Shown here one piece after another: positions 10,037 through 20,150 of a stretch of DNA of 64,000 nt; position 1 is the first letter of the stretch; the number at the start of each line of letters is the position of its first letter. Source of the stretch: an uncultured delta proteobacterium (GTDB lineage: Bacteria > Myxococcota_A > Polyangia > Polyangiales > Polyangiaceae); assembly GCA_963806225.1 (NCBI GenBank), contig CAWDXG010000004.1, positions 4,320,001-4,384,000 of the forward strand. Direction: 5' to 3'. A program made the position numbers and the translations under genes. Under the pieces are notes generated by a model. That model saw nothing but the letters and a program-made list of their open reading frames with translations, did not search any database and was not told the origin of the DNA.

Positions 10037-10395
10037 CCGACGGACAGCTGCGCTGCCTGCCGATCGTGTCGCCATCGGCCATGCAGGGCGTCATCTACTA
10101 CAGCGACGGGTCGTGCACGCAGCCCATGTCCTTCGTTTCAACCAACCCGCCGGTGGGCTGCAGCCCGTACGTGCCGAAGTACGTCTACTCCGGACAGCAG
10201 AGCTGCCCCCATGGCGAGCAGCGTTTCCACATCTACCCGGTGCAGAGCATCATCACCAATCCCACGCCGCACAAGCTTACCAACGGCACCTGTAGCAACG
10301 CCAACGTCAGCTACCCGAGCATGATCCCCGTGGCGCTCGGCGCGGAGCTGTCCGCCAACAGCTTCGTCGCAGGCACCCGCACGCACCTGCCCTGA
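10037..10395 (+). pseudogene. 5'-truncated paralog of the adjacent secreted Cys-rich protein
   Basis: SDGQLRCLP...YYSDGSCTQP...YVPKYV aligns with the 10445-11071 product; begins at the orphan transposon end. Confidence 0.7.
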
Positions 10396-10444
10396 GAGGC
10401 CTCATGAAGAGCATCGCCATCGGACCAACACAGCGAGGCACACC

Positions 10445-11071
10445 ATGCACCTGAACGCGACCCTCAAGGCTCTGACACTCGGCCTGGGCGTCTACGTGGC
10501 GCTCGCCGCCGTGGCAGCCGATTCGCCGCACACCCGCGGCTCGCTCGCCAGTGTGCTGCCGAGCCCCGTACCGGCCGCGCTCGCCGATACCAGCGGGACG
10601 CGGCTCAAAGCCGCCTACATCGCGGGCGCGGACGGCTCCAAGCTCTTCGACGCCAACGCCATGTACGACTCGCAGCTGTCGGTGGAATGCACGTTCCACA
10701 TCGCCTCGGACGGGAACTCGCGCTGCCTGCCCGTGCTGTCGCCGTCGAGCCTGCAGAACGGCGTGTACTTCCTGGACGGGTCCTGCACGCAGCCCGTCAC
10801 TTTCCTTTCCACGCCACCTTCCGGTTGCTCCGTGTACGTGCCGAAGTACGTCTGGAACCACAAGGCCGCCGCCGTCTGCCCCTACACGCCGGGATCCGAG
10901 CCGGTGCGCGTCTTCAGTGTCGGCGCGTACCAGGGCTCGGTGTCGAAGGTCTGGTACCAGACCCCGGGCGGCTCGTGCCTGGGCGCGACTACGCCGAGCG
11001 GGCTCGCCTACGCGATGACGGAGCGGCCAGCATCCGACTTCGTGCAGGGCACGGCCGGGACCGATCCGTAG
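10445..11071 (+). CDS. Secreted Cys-rich hypothetical protein
   Basis: Signal peptide, GTRLK...GADGS and SDGNSRCLP motifs, RBS GAGG. Confidence 0.75.
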   Translation: MHLNATLKALTLGLGVYVALAAVAADSPHTRGSLASVLPSPVPAALADTSGTRLKAAYIAGADGSKLFDANAMYDSQLSVECTFHIASDGNSRCLPVLSPSSLQNGVYFLDGSCTQPVTFLSTPPSGCSVYVPKYVWNHKAAAVCPYTPGSEPVRVFSVGAYQGSVSKVWYQTPGGSCLGATTPSGLAYAMTERPASDFVQGTAGTDP

Positions 11072-11108
11072 CTTGGCTCTGCAACGCTTCTTTCCGGAAC
11101 AGGTGCCC

Positions 11109-11747
11109 CTAGTTCGCCGGCGGGCCCGATGCGAGCACGGCGTCGATGGACTGGCGCAGGCGGGCCTCGGGCACGGCGCCGATCTCGTGGGCGACCACCT
11201 TGCCGCCGCGGAAGAACAGCAGCGAGGGGATGCTGTTGATGCCGAAGCGTGCGGCGATGGCGCCGCACTCCTCGGTGTCGAGCTTGTAGAACTTGATGCG
11301 GCCCTCGTACTCGGCGGCGAGCTTCTTGAAGATCGGCGCGATCAGCTTGCACGGTGCGCACCACTCGGCCCAGAAGTCGACCACGACCGGCAGATCGGAC
11401 TGCAGAACGTCGTCGCCGAAGCCGTCGCAGCTGGCATGGAAGAGGTTGTCGCCGAGCTCGTGCGGGTCCCCCGGGCGAACGCCGTAGCGCTTCTCGAAGA
11501 TGTCGTCGGCCGTCTCGGCGCTGTTCTCGATCTCGAGCCGGATCTTCTCGAGCCCGGCAAGGGTCGGCGCGTAGCGGATGGCACCGGCCGGGCAGACATT
11601 GGTGCACACGCCCGAGCAGTTGCCGCAGGCCTTCGTGTCCACCACCCACTTGCCATCCGTCAATTTCATGGCCCGTGACGGGCAGAGCCGCGCGGCGCTG
11701 CAATAGGGGGAGTCGTCACACGCGCGATAGTCGATGAGGGCAGGCAT
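11109..11747 (-). CDS. 4Fe-4S ferredoxin-thioredoxin fusion protein
   Basis: N-terminal CDDSPYC...LCP and CGNCSGVCTNVCP; C-terminal VVDFWAEWCAPCK. Confidence 0.88.
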   Translation of the reverse strand: MPALIDYRACDDSPYCSAARLCPSRAMKLTDGKWVVDTKACGNCSGVCTNVCPAGAIRYAPTLAGLEKIRLEIENSAETADDIFEKRYGVRPGDPHELGDNLFHASCDGFGDDVLQSDLPVVVDFWAEWCAPCKLIAPIFKKLAAEYEGRIKFYKLDTEECGAIAARFGINSIPSLLFFRGGKVVAHEIGAVPEARLRQSIDAVLASGPPAN

Positions 11748-11863
11748 GCTCTATCTCCAGAAGCTGGGCCGGCCGCGGCCCCGGGGGAGAGGGCCGGGCC
11801 GGCGGGATCCGTACCTATCTGATTGGAGCCGGCCCAGCGCCGAAGGGTGCACGAGGAATGCGC

Positions 11864-12196
11864 CTATTCGAACAGCATCGCGTATGGCCGCTCGATGGCC
11901 TGGCGCACCTGGTCGATGCCGAAGGTCCGCACGAAGCGCGTCGTCTCGCGGCCGTCGAAACACACGACCAGCGTGGGCACGCTGAGCACGCCGTACTGCC
12001 CGGCGGCTTCGGGCACAGCCACGGTGTCCACGTGGATCAGCTCGAGCCGCGGGAACTCCTCGCGCACCAGGTCGAGCACCTTGCTCTCGACCGCGGCGCC
12101 CACGCTGCAACTCGGCTCGTTGAAGTAGACGAGCGCGGCGGGGGCCTCGGCAATCCGGGCCCGCAGCGCCTCGAGACTCTCCGCGGCGTGCTCCAC
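11864..12196 (-). CDS. Thioredoxin-family protein with atypical CxxG site
   Basis: YFNEPSCSVG, AGQYGVLSVPT cis-Pro motif. Confidence 0.75.
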   Translation of the reverse strand: MEHAAESLEALRARIAEAPAALVYFNEPSCSVGAAVESKVLDLVREEFPRLELIHVDTVAVPEAAGQYGVLSVPTLVVCFDGRETTRFVRTFGIDQVRQAIERPYAMLFE

Positions 12197-12271
12197 GCGC
12201 GGGCTCCTAGCACGAGTGGTCCCTCCCAGCGAGCACGTCTGCGGGCAAGCTCGAGGGCTGGTGGTCGTCGT

Positions 12272-13324
12272 TCAGAGGTCGGTCTGTGGGTAGCGGGTGC
12301 CGAGCTGGCGCACGAGGTCGATGCGGCTGGCAATGCCCAACTTGCGCAGCGCGCTGCCCAGGTGTGACGACACCGTGCCCTCGGCAAGACCGAGGTGATA
12401 CGCGATGAGCTTGTCGGCGTAGCCACGTACGGCCAGCCCGACCACACGGGTCTCCATGGCGGTCAGCCCACGCGGGTCGCGCACATCCTCCGGGTTCTTG
12501 TGGGCCAGCATGAAGCGCTTGCCGTCGGTGTCCCACTGCTCCACCAGCGACCAACGGCCCTGGATGAGCCCCTGCCAGACGCTCAACGCGTCCTCCTGAC
12601 GCCCGGACTTCGCGCTGCGCGCGTGGTCGATGCGGCGTGCATTTTCGGTCAGTTCCCCGGCGCCGTCGCGGGCCTCGCCCTCGGCGTGGACGAGGCGACC
12701 CGAGGCGTCCAGCACGGCGCCGTCTTCGGGCGCGTCCACCCCTCCGGTGCGTTCCTGAAGGCGCCGCCTCAGTCGCAAACCTGCCTTGATGTGCGCGCTC
12801 AGCATCTGGAACATCTGGCGCTCCATCGACCGGTACGTGCGCTTGCCCTTCAACCCGGCGAAGATCGCCGTCGCTCCGTTGTCGTCGATGTGGTGGTTCA
12901 TCAGCACGAACAGGTCGTCGACCGGCGCGCCGAGCGTGTACACCCAGTTCGGCGCTACACGGTGGAACTCCGACTGCAGGATGTGTTCAGCGGGTTCGCG
13001 CAGTGCCGCGCGCACAGCCCGGTCGGCGAAGGTGGCCTGCGCGCGCCGGAACAACCCCAACTTCTCGCGCCGCTTTGCCCTGAGCAGGTCCGCGATCACT
13101 TGATTCCGCCGCACCATGTCCAGCGGCGGGTCGCCGGATTGCACCGGATTGGTCAGTGCGTAGTCCCCCTGCTCGTCCACGTCGATGTGATAGGCGAGCA
13201 GCCCCACCTCGGGCCGCACCACGTTGCACACCGTGTCCGCCACGCCCTGGAGCCACGCGTCCTGTGAGGCGCCGAGGTCGTAGCACGACTCCACAACGGC
13301 AATCAGATCGCGGCGGCCTGGCAC
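12272..13324 (-). CDS. LuxR-type HTH transcriptional regulator
   Basis: C-terminal LTAMETRVVGLAVRGYADKLIAYHLGLAEGTVSSHLGSALRKLG. Confidence 0.85.
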   Translation of the reverse strand: MPGRRDLIAVVESCYDLGASQDAWLQGVADTVCNVVRPEVGLLAYHIDVDEQGDYALTNPVQSGDPPLDMVRRNQVIADLLRAKRREKLGLFRRAQATFADRAVRAALREPAEHILQSEFHRVAPNWVYTLGAPVDDLFVLMNHHIDDNGATAIFAGLKGKRTYRSMERQMFQMLSAHIKAGLRLRRRLQERTGGVDAPEDGAVLDASGRLVHAEGEARDGAGELTENARRIDHARSAKSGRQEDALSVWQGLIQGRWSLVEQWDTDGKRFMLAHKNPEDVRDPRGLTAMETRVVGLAVRGYADKLIAYHLGLAEGTVSSHLGSALRKLGIASRIDLVRQLGTRYPQTDL

Positions 13325-13607
13325 GATCCCGAAAGCTACGGGATCGGGGGCGGCGAAAAAAGTCTTGATCTGGCATTTCCCGTATCACCCCTAGGGGTGA
13401 TGTGCCGGGGGAGCGCTCGCCTTTCCGAAAGCCGAGCGGCGTGCCGCGATTGGGTCTGGATGCCCTCGCGGGAGTGCTCGGGTCACATCGAGACGGGCGT
13501 TGTGGGCGAGTTGCCTGCGGTCTGGCCACTCGAGTCATTGCCCCAGCAACGTACCGTACCGTACCGTCGCTCATGCGCGCGCAAGTGTGGAGCGCGCCGG
13601 CAGTTCG

Positions 13608-13639
13608 GCGCGTAGGTAACATGAGCGTCCTGCCCGCGA
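13608..13639 (-). repeat. Orphan ori-like end of IS91-like element
   Basis: GCGCGTAGGTAACATGAGCGTCCTGCCCGCGA identical to 9267-9298. Confidence 0.8.
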
Positions 13640-13917
13640 TCGACGTCGCACGGAGCGTCGTGGCCGACGGGAACATCGATGTAGATATTATACCGAAATA
13701 CCGTAGAGCACCCGCCGCCCCATCTGTTACCGCTCACCGTGGACGCCGGACGTAGCGCCGTTTTCGTTCACGCAGCGTGAGGGGTTCGGGGGCGGCGGGA
13801 CGTCGATGTCCATCGCGGGTTTCTCGCCCGGATCGGTGGTTGTCGGGTAGCTCGCGCGGCTCCGGAGGCGGAGCATCGGCGCGTAGCCGGCCGCACAAAA
13901 TAGGTGACGGGGCGCGC

Positions 13918-14550
13918 GTGGAAAACGTCCCCGTCGTGCTCCGGACCCTATCGAAAAGAAGCGGAGCGCCCTACGCATCGTCTACTTCGAGCTGGACGTC
14001 GAAATTCTGGGCAGACAATCCGCCCGCGGTGGCGGCGGTGCGGCCGGCGAGGTGCCCGTGCTGCGAGCATCCGGGCGCGCCAGCGGCAGGTCCGATTGGG
14101 CTGGTCGGCCACGGCACCCGCGAGCGGACGCTGCTCGGTCCTCCCGGCCCGGATAGGCGGCCGGAGCAGCTCAGCTTGCTGCTGCGGCGCTACCGGTGCC
14201 GTGGCTGTGGGGCGGTCGTGGTCTCGGCACCGAGGGGCGTGCTTCGCGGCCTTCTCTATGGTGCTGCCGCGGTCGCGCTGGCGCTCGGGTTATGGGCCGA
14301 TGGGCTCGCCGGTTGGCGGGTGCGCGAGCAGATCGCTGCGAGGTCGAGCAACGGCGACGAGCGGTGGCACGGCTGGCGCTCGTTGCGACGCTGGGCCAGC
14401 GGCGCTGCTCGATGGTGGACCTGGCTCCAGTCCGGCGCAGGTCACGGGCGGCAGCGCGCGCTCGGCGTGGTGACGCAGCTGGCGGCTCGCGCCGCGACGC
14501 CGACCGGACCGGTGCTCGCTCTGGCGTGCGAGGGAGCGCTCCGGAGCTGA
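13918..14550 (+). CDS. Transposon accessory Zn-ribbon protein (DUF6431-like)
   Basis: CPCC...GHGTRER...LRRYRCRGCG; first ORF inside the element; start uncertain. Confidence 0.6.
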   Translation: MENVPVVLRTLSKRSGAPYASSTSSWTSKFWADNPPAVAAVRPARCPCCEHPGAPAAGPIGLVGHGTRERTLLGPPGPDRRPEQLSLLLRRYRCRGCGAVVVSAPRGVLRGLLYGAAAVALALGLWADGLAGWRVREQIAARSSNGDERWHGWRSLRRWASGAARWWTWLQSGAGHGRQRALGVVTQLAARAATPTGPVLALACEGALRS

Positions 14551-14670
14551 TGCGCATGAAGCGTGTCTCTGGCTCCAACCGCGATCCACCAGGCGTGTCC
14601 GTGGCCCGGCGGCGGCGGCTCTGGCGGAGTGCTCGCCGCGCCACGAAAGGGCGCTGGAAGGAGCCCATCG

Positions 14671-15995
14671 ATGAATGAATCGTTGAAACCGAAGGACCCG
14701 GCCGAGGCCGTCGCGCTGTTCCGCGCCCAGGTGATCGGGCCGCTGCTGTGTCGCGAGTACGACTCGCACGGCGAGCTGGCCGAGGCGCTGCGCGAGCTGG
14801 CGGCCGAGCCCGTGCGCCCGCCCGGCTACAACGTCACGCGCTACTTCGCCGTTTCCACGTTGGAGCGGTGGTACTACGCCTTCAGGAAGGGCGGCATCGA
14901 GGCGCTGCGCCCGCAGGGACGCGCGAGCGGCTACGCCCTGATGCTCGACGAGGCGCAGCGCAAGCTGCTGCTCGACATCCGGCGCGAGCACCCGCAGGTG
15001 AGCACTGCGCTCATCCTGCGCACGCTCGAGCGGGACGGGCGGCTGGCGCGGGGCGCGGTGAGCGAGCCGACGCTCCGGCGGCTGTATGCCGCGCACGGCC
15101 TCGACCGCCGCACGCTCGCCGCCGGTGATCGCCAGCCGCGCCGGCGCTGGGAGGCGGCTGCGCCCAATCTCCTGTGGCACACCGACGTGTGCCACGGTCC
15201 TGCGCTGCGGGTGGACGGTCGGGCCGTTCCATTGCGCATCCACGCGCTGCTCGACGACCACAGCCGCTACGTCGTGGCCATCCAGGCCTGCTCGACGAGC
15301 GCGAGAGCGAGATGCTCGCTCTCGTCGTCAAGGCGATGCGGCTCCACGGCGCGCCGGACGTCATCTACGCCGACAACGGCCCCACCTACGTCGGCGAGGC
15401 CCTGGCCACGGCCTGCGGCCGGCTCGGCGTCGGCCTTGTCCACGCCAAGCCCTACGATCCCCAGGCGCGCGGGAAGATGGAGCGCTTCTGGCGCACGCTG
15501 CGCGAGCAGTGCCTCGACCACCTCGCCGGCCTCGGCTCGCTGCACGACGCGCAGGTGCGGCTGATCGCCTACCTCGATCGCCACTACCACGTGACGCCGC
15601 ACTCCTCGCTGCTCGGCAAGACGCCGGCCGAGGTCTACGAGACCGGACGCCGCGAGCCCCTGCCGGACGCAATGCTCTCCGAAGCGCTCGTCGTGCGCGG
15701 ACGCCGTCGCGTGCGCCGCGACGGCACCGTGAGCATCGCCGGCACCGACTTCGAGGTGAAGCAGGGCTTCCTCGCCGGGCGCACCGTGACCATCGGCCGC
15801 TCGCTGCTGGTGCCCACCGACCCGCCGTGGCTCGAGCACGAGGACCAGCGCCACGTCCTCGAGCGGGTCGAGCCGACGCGACGCGGCCGCCGGAGGCCCG
15901 CACCGCGCGTCCGCCGCGGCATCGATGCCGTGCCCTTCGATCCACCCGGTGCGCTGCTCGACGAGGCCGCTGGCCGGAAGGGAGCGCAGCAATGA
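14671..15995 (+). pseudogene. DDE-type integrase/transposase, frameshifted near 15297
   Basis: PNLLWHTD, LLDDHSRY in one frame; YADNG, KPYDPQARGKMERFWRT in the next; a 1-nt deletion reconciles them (may be a sequencing error). Confidence 0.85.
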
Positions 15996-16792
15996 GCGCC
16001 CGCTGGCTCGACCACTTCGGCCTCGACGACGCTCCCTTCTCCAAGGAGACCGAGGCCGCCGAGCTGTGGGTGCCGTCGTCGCGCCAGGCTGTCGTCGACG
16101 ACCTGGTCGATGGCTGCGAGGAGCGCGGACACGTGCTGCTCACCGGCGAGCCCGGCGTCGGCAAGACCTGCATCCTGCGCGCGCTGCAGAGCCGTCTGCC
16201 CGACGCCGGCTTCCGGCTGACCTACTGCCACAACGCGACGCTCGGCCGGCGCGACTTCTACCGCCAGCTCTGCCTCGCGCTCGGGCTATCTCCGAAAGCG
16301 ACTGCTGCCGGCGTCTTCTTCGAGGTCAGCAGCCACGTGCAGCAGCTCGGTCACGAGCGCATCCACCCCGTCTTCCTGCTCGACGAGGCCCATCTGCTGC
16401 ACCAGGACGTGCTCGATCACCTGCACATCCTCGCCAACTACGAGTGGGACAGCCGAGCGCTGCTCTCGCTGCTGCTCGTCGGCCTGCCCGAGATGCACGA
16501 CCGCATGCACCTGCGCAGGAACCGCTCGCTCTGGTCGCGCATCCACACCCGCCTGCACCTCGGCGAAGCCACTCCCGAGGACACCGCCGAGTACGTCGGC
16601 TACCGCCTCGAGCGAGTGAGCGGCAAACAGGACACCTTCAGCTCCGACGCGCTCGCGCTGCTCCACGAGGCCTCGGGAGGCCGCCTCCGCGACATCGATC
16701 GCATCGCCACCGGCGCCCTCAAACGCGCCGCGCGACGCAAGCTCAAGAAGGTCGACCGCCAGCTCGTGCAGGACGTTGTCGGAGCCGACTGA
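15992..16792 (+). CDS. ExeA-family AAA ATPase (transposition helper)
   Basis: HFGLDDAPF, Walker A GEPGVGKT, LLDEAH, LLVGLPE; ATGA overlap with transposase. Confidence 0.9.
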   Translation: MSARWLDHFGLDDAPFSKETEAAELWVPSSRQAVVDDLVDGCEERGHVLLTGEPGVGKTCILRALQSRLPDAGFRLTYCHNATLGRRDFYRQLCLALGLSPKATAAGVFFEVSSHVQQLGHERIHPVFLLDEAHLLHQDVLDHLHILANYEWDSRALLSLLLVGLPEMHDRMHLRRNRSLWSRIHTRLHLGEATPEDTAEYVGYRLERVSGKQDTFSSDALALLHEASGGRLRDIDRIATGALKRAARRKLKKVDRQLVQDVVGAD

Positions 16793-16939
16793 CCCGCACG
16801 CTACACGACCGCGCCGGCGCGGAGGGAGCCGGCGCGGCACGCCTTGATGCCCATCGAGCCGATGAGCGACTCCCGCCGTCCCCGTGATGTCCCTCGAATG
16901 TCACGCGCGGATGCCCATCGCCTGGTGTGAGCGGGAACA

Positions 16940-17487
16940 GTTGGCACTGGAACGCGGCGCCGGAACAGTTCAGCGTGTTCGCTAGCTGGCCCGCCATCGT
17001 GGCCACATGGGCCCTCCGCTTGCAGGTTGCGGCCATCTATTTTCATGCTGGAATGGCCAAGTTGCGGGTGACGGAGTGGGCGGATGGGACAGCGATGTAC
17101 TACTGGCTCCACCAGCCGACATTCGGAATGAATCCCACCGAGCTCCGCTGGTTGGGGCCAGTTCTCAATGCGGCGCCGGTGCCTGCAATGATCGGCTGGG
17201 GGACGATCGTGCTCGAACTCGCGCTTGCAGCATCGCTCATGGCGAAGCTTCGCTACCGGATGGTGCTCCTGGGACTTGGCTTCATGCTGCATTTTGGAAT
17301 ACTGGTGTTCATGGGTCTGACGAGCTTCGCGGTAACGATGTGGGGGGCGCTACTGTTTCTCTTGTGGCCTTTGGAGCGGCCGATCCCGTTGCCGTCCCTG
17401 CCATCCCTGCCATCGCTTCGGAAACGCCCGCGCGACAGCGAAGGTCAGGTCGAGACTATTGTGACGCGAGAACAGGAGGCCGCATGA
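16940..17487 (+). pseudogene. 3' fragment of SdpB/HTTM-family membrane protein
   Basis: WHW...RLQVAAIYFHAGMAKL..EWADGTAMYYWLHQPTFG; 5' half replaced by the transposon. Confidence 0.7.
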
Positions 17488-18306
17488 CAAGAGTCACGAG
17501 CGCGTGTGCAGTGGTACTGGCGCTCACCGGGTGCGGCGGATCCGCAACGCCGGGCTCTAGCCCTTCCGATGCCGGTCTGCACGAGTCGAATGCCCACGAT
17601 GCTGTGAGTGAAGCCATGCCGTCGGACGCCGGTGCTGACGACTCGGGCGACGCGATGACTGATCACGCAACGTCCACTGTGGCCATCGGCGGGACCGTCA
17701 TCGCGCAGAATTCCGGGGGCAAGCCGGTCGCAGGTGCGTCCGTTTGCGCGTTCGAGGGCAAACCCTGCGTGCAGACGGCCGCCGACGGCAGCTTCGCGGT
17801 AGAGGTACCGGCGTTCGCGAACACCGGGATCGCCATGAGTCGCTCCGGTTACGGCACGGTATTGCTCCCATTGCGCACCGCGAGTACCAGCGACAACGCC
17901 CTCGTGCTGGCGCTACCGTTACTTGCAGACCAGAACGTCAAGCTACGCGAAAGCGGGTGCGACCTTTCCCTCCAGCCAACTCGGGTTCGTATTGGTGCAG
18001 TTGAACGCGGCGGGGGCGACTGCCGGATTTGCCAGCGCCACGGCAACCCTGTCTCCGAGCTCGGGAGTTGGGCCCGTGTACTACGGCACGACAGGGGTGC
18101 CCGACCCGGCACTCACCTCCACCTCGCAGTTGAGCCTTGTCACCTGGGGAAACGTCGGACCCGGAACGTACGACCTTTCGATCGGTCCTTCCGGAGTCCA
18201 GTGCGCCCGCGGACTCAACGGATGGCCGGCGACAGGGCAGGCGGTCGCGCGGATTCCCGTCCGCGCTGGCGAGGAGACAAGACTGATCCTCGCATGTTCG
18301 AATTGA
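17484..18306 (+). pseudogene. Lipoprotein with carboxypeptidase-regulatory-like domain, frameshifted near 17940
   Basis: Lipobox LTGC; KPVAGASVC...TAADGSF; C-terminus continues in ORF 17923-18306. Confidence 0.6.
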
Positions 18307-18329
18307 GACGAAGCGCGGCTGTGTGACTC

Positions 18330-18809
18330 GTGGAGAGGGTTCTGCGCTACGACGCGGCTACGCCGTCACCTGCTGGGACCATTACGGTGTTTGTGGTCTT
18401 CGGGATGGTGGTGGCGGGCTTTGCGATCGTTGGCGCCGGCGTGTTGGTCGTTTCGCTGATTGCTGGTGCTGCGGCGCTGTCCTTGCTGGTCACGGCGGTT
18501 TTTGCGCCCGTCGCGTACGAACTTGCAGACAGTGAGCTTGTGGTGGTTGGTCGACTCGGCGGTCGCCCGAAGTTCCGCGTGACCAGTGCTCGAGCTCAGC
18601 CAGTTCCGGCTCTTGTCGCTAGCGCCGGGATAGGTCAGGCGTTTGGGTTGGTGGGTTGGGCATGGACCAAGCAACGCGAGTCATTGCTCGTTCTGGCCAC
18701 CGATTGGGACCATGCCATTTGCCTGGAGACAGACCGCCGGCGGCTCGTCATTTCCCCTGCGGATGTCGAGGCATTCAAGGAGGGGCTTGGGATGGTGCTC
18801 GGAGACTGA
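18330..18809 (+). CDS. Membrane protein with bacterial PH-like domain
   Basis: Two TM helices then PVAYEL...FGLVG...LVISP. Confidence 0.6.
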   Translation: MERVLRYDAATPSPAGTITVFVVFGMVVAGFAIVGAGVLVVSLIAGAAALSLLVTAVFAPVAYELADSELVVVGRLGGRPKFRVTSARAQPVPALVASAGIGQAFGLVGWAWTKQRESLLVLATDWDHAICLETDRRRLVISPADVEAFKEGLGMVLGD

Positions 18810-18863
18810 AGCCGTCGCGGCCGAGCCCAGCGCCTGGCTCGACCGAGTCGAAGTTGCGATGTG

Positions 18864-19553
18864 TCAGGGCACAGCTGCCCCCCGCGCCCCCCTGCGCCGC
18901 ACCCGCTCCGCCAACCCCATCGCAATCAGATAATCCCGCCGCGCGATCACCGCGCGCGCAGTCGCCGCCCAGTCGCTGTACCAGCGGTACAGAGCGGTGA
19001 GCTCGTCGATGCGCTCCTCGTGGGCGGGGCCGTCGTGGGTTGGTGCGGGCGCGCTCTGCGCGGCGCCCACCTGCTCCGCGAGGCGCTGGCGTTCGCTCTT
19101 GTCGAGGCCACGGCGCGCCAGGACCGCGACAACCTTGCTCCGCGCGGGGAGATCGTCGAGGCGGGCGAGCAGGGTGGCCAGGGCGAGCACGGCCTGCTTT
19201 TCGGCGGGCCTTTCGATGCCGTCGAACAGGCGGGCGTCGCCGACCTCGCGCTCGAGCGCGGCCTGGAAGCGGGAGAAGTGCGTGGCGACCCAGCGCTCGA
19301 TGGCGGCCGTGGCCGCGCGCGCCGGTGCGTCGGCGAACAGGTCGAAGCGGCTCTCGCCGAACGCGCACACCGCGCCCAGCAGCTCCCACCCTTCCACATG
19401 GTCCGCGCGCGTGTAGCCCCCCTCGGCCATCAGCGCGCGGATCGGCGCGCGGGTGCCGACCGCGCGCAGGAAAACCACGACCCGCTCCGGCAGCTCCGCG
19501 CGCACGCTGCGCCCCGGAACGGGAAGCGGGCTGCCGGAACGGGTCATGGACAT
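18864..19553 (-). CDS. Hypothetical protein directly behind a transposon-like end
   Basis: 229-aa ORF with typical codon usage, starts 50 bp inside the TGTTACCGCTCACCGTGG end at 19603. Confidence 0.65.
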   Translation of the reverse strand: MSMTRSGSPLPVPGRSVRAELPERVVVFLRAVGTRAPIRALMAEGGYTRADHVEGWELLGAVCAFGESRFDLFADAPARAATAAIERWVATHFSRFQAALEREVGDARLFDGIERPAEKQAVLALATLLARLDDLPARSKVVAVLARRGLDKSERQRLAEQVGAAQSAPAPTHDGPAHEERIDELTALYRWYSDWAATARAVIARRDYLIAMGLAERVRRRGARGAAVP

Positions 19554-19585
19554 CCCGTTGCCTCACTCGGCCGCGCTGGGCGCGA

Positions 19586-19603
19586 CCACGGTGAGCGGTA
19601 ACA
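19586..19603 (-). repeat. Third DDE transposon-type end
   Basis: CCACGGTGAGCGGTAACA is the perfect 18-bp inverse of 13725-13742; truncates a membrane-protein ORF starting at 19725. Confidence 0.8.
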
Positions 19604-20150
19604 AGAGGGATGTGGAATTGCGAAGCGTAGGCCACTTCGTACAGCCACGCCGAGATGTACGCCGCGACGGGAACCAGAGCGACCAGGCCGGCAACGTCCC
19701 AACGAAAGCCACCCCTGTCAGCCATGGGTGGCAGGATCCCACTGGGGCACGCGCGCCGCCACCCGGAATGGCGTCCGAGCTGGCGGTTCCCGGCGGAAAC
19801 GGACTAGGTCGCCGGATCGATGGTGCTCGAAACACCATCAACGGGCGCGGTCTTCGCGGCGGAGCGGGCCTCTGCAGGGTACGGGCGCAGTGGTAGGCGA
19901 GCGCGTCGATGTCGTAGGCGCGGCGCCGGACGACGGTTGCCCGCACACGCGCCCCGCCCCAAGCGCAGCGGCGGTCGCGGCTTCGCGGCGGAGCGGGCCT
20001 CCGCAGGCGGAGCCCCAGCCGTGCTTCGCGTCGATACGCCGCACACGAATGCGGAGACGAGGACTATGGCCCGTGAGCACGCGAAGGCCGCGACCGACGC
20101 GGAGCGGGCCGTGGCAGGGGCGGGTTCGGCATCGGTGGTATGAGGGGCGG

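Larger units (their letters stand above)
13725..16939 (+). mobile_element. Three-gene DDE transposon (Zn-ribbon ORF + Mu/rve-type transposase + ExeA-type ATPase), ~3.2 kb
   Basis: Terminal inverted repeats TGTTACCGCTCAC (13725) and GTGAGCGGGAACA (16939); no target-site duplication (CCATC vs GTTGG). Confidence 0.82.

Noticed and set aside
9370..10395. 341-aa plus-strand gene
   Set aside because: Accidental read-through across the transposase remnant, CopA tail, transposon end and a truncated gene
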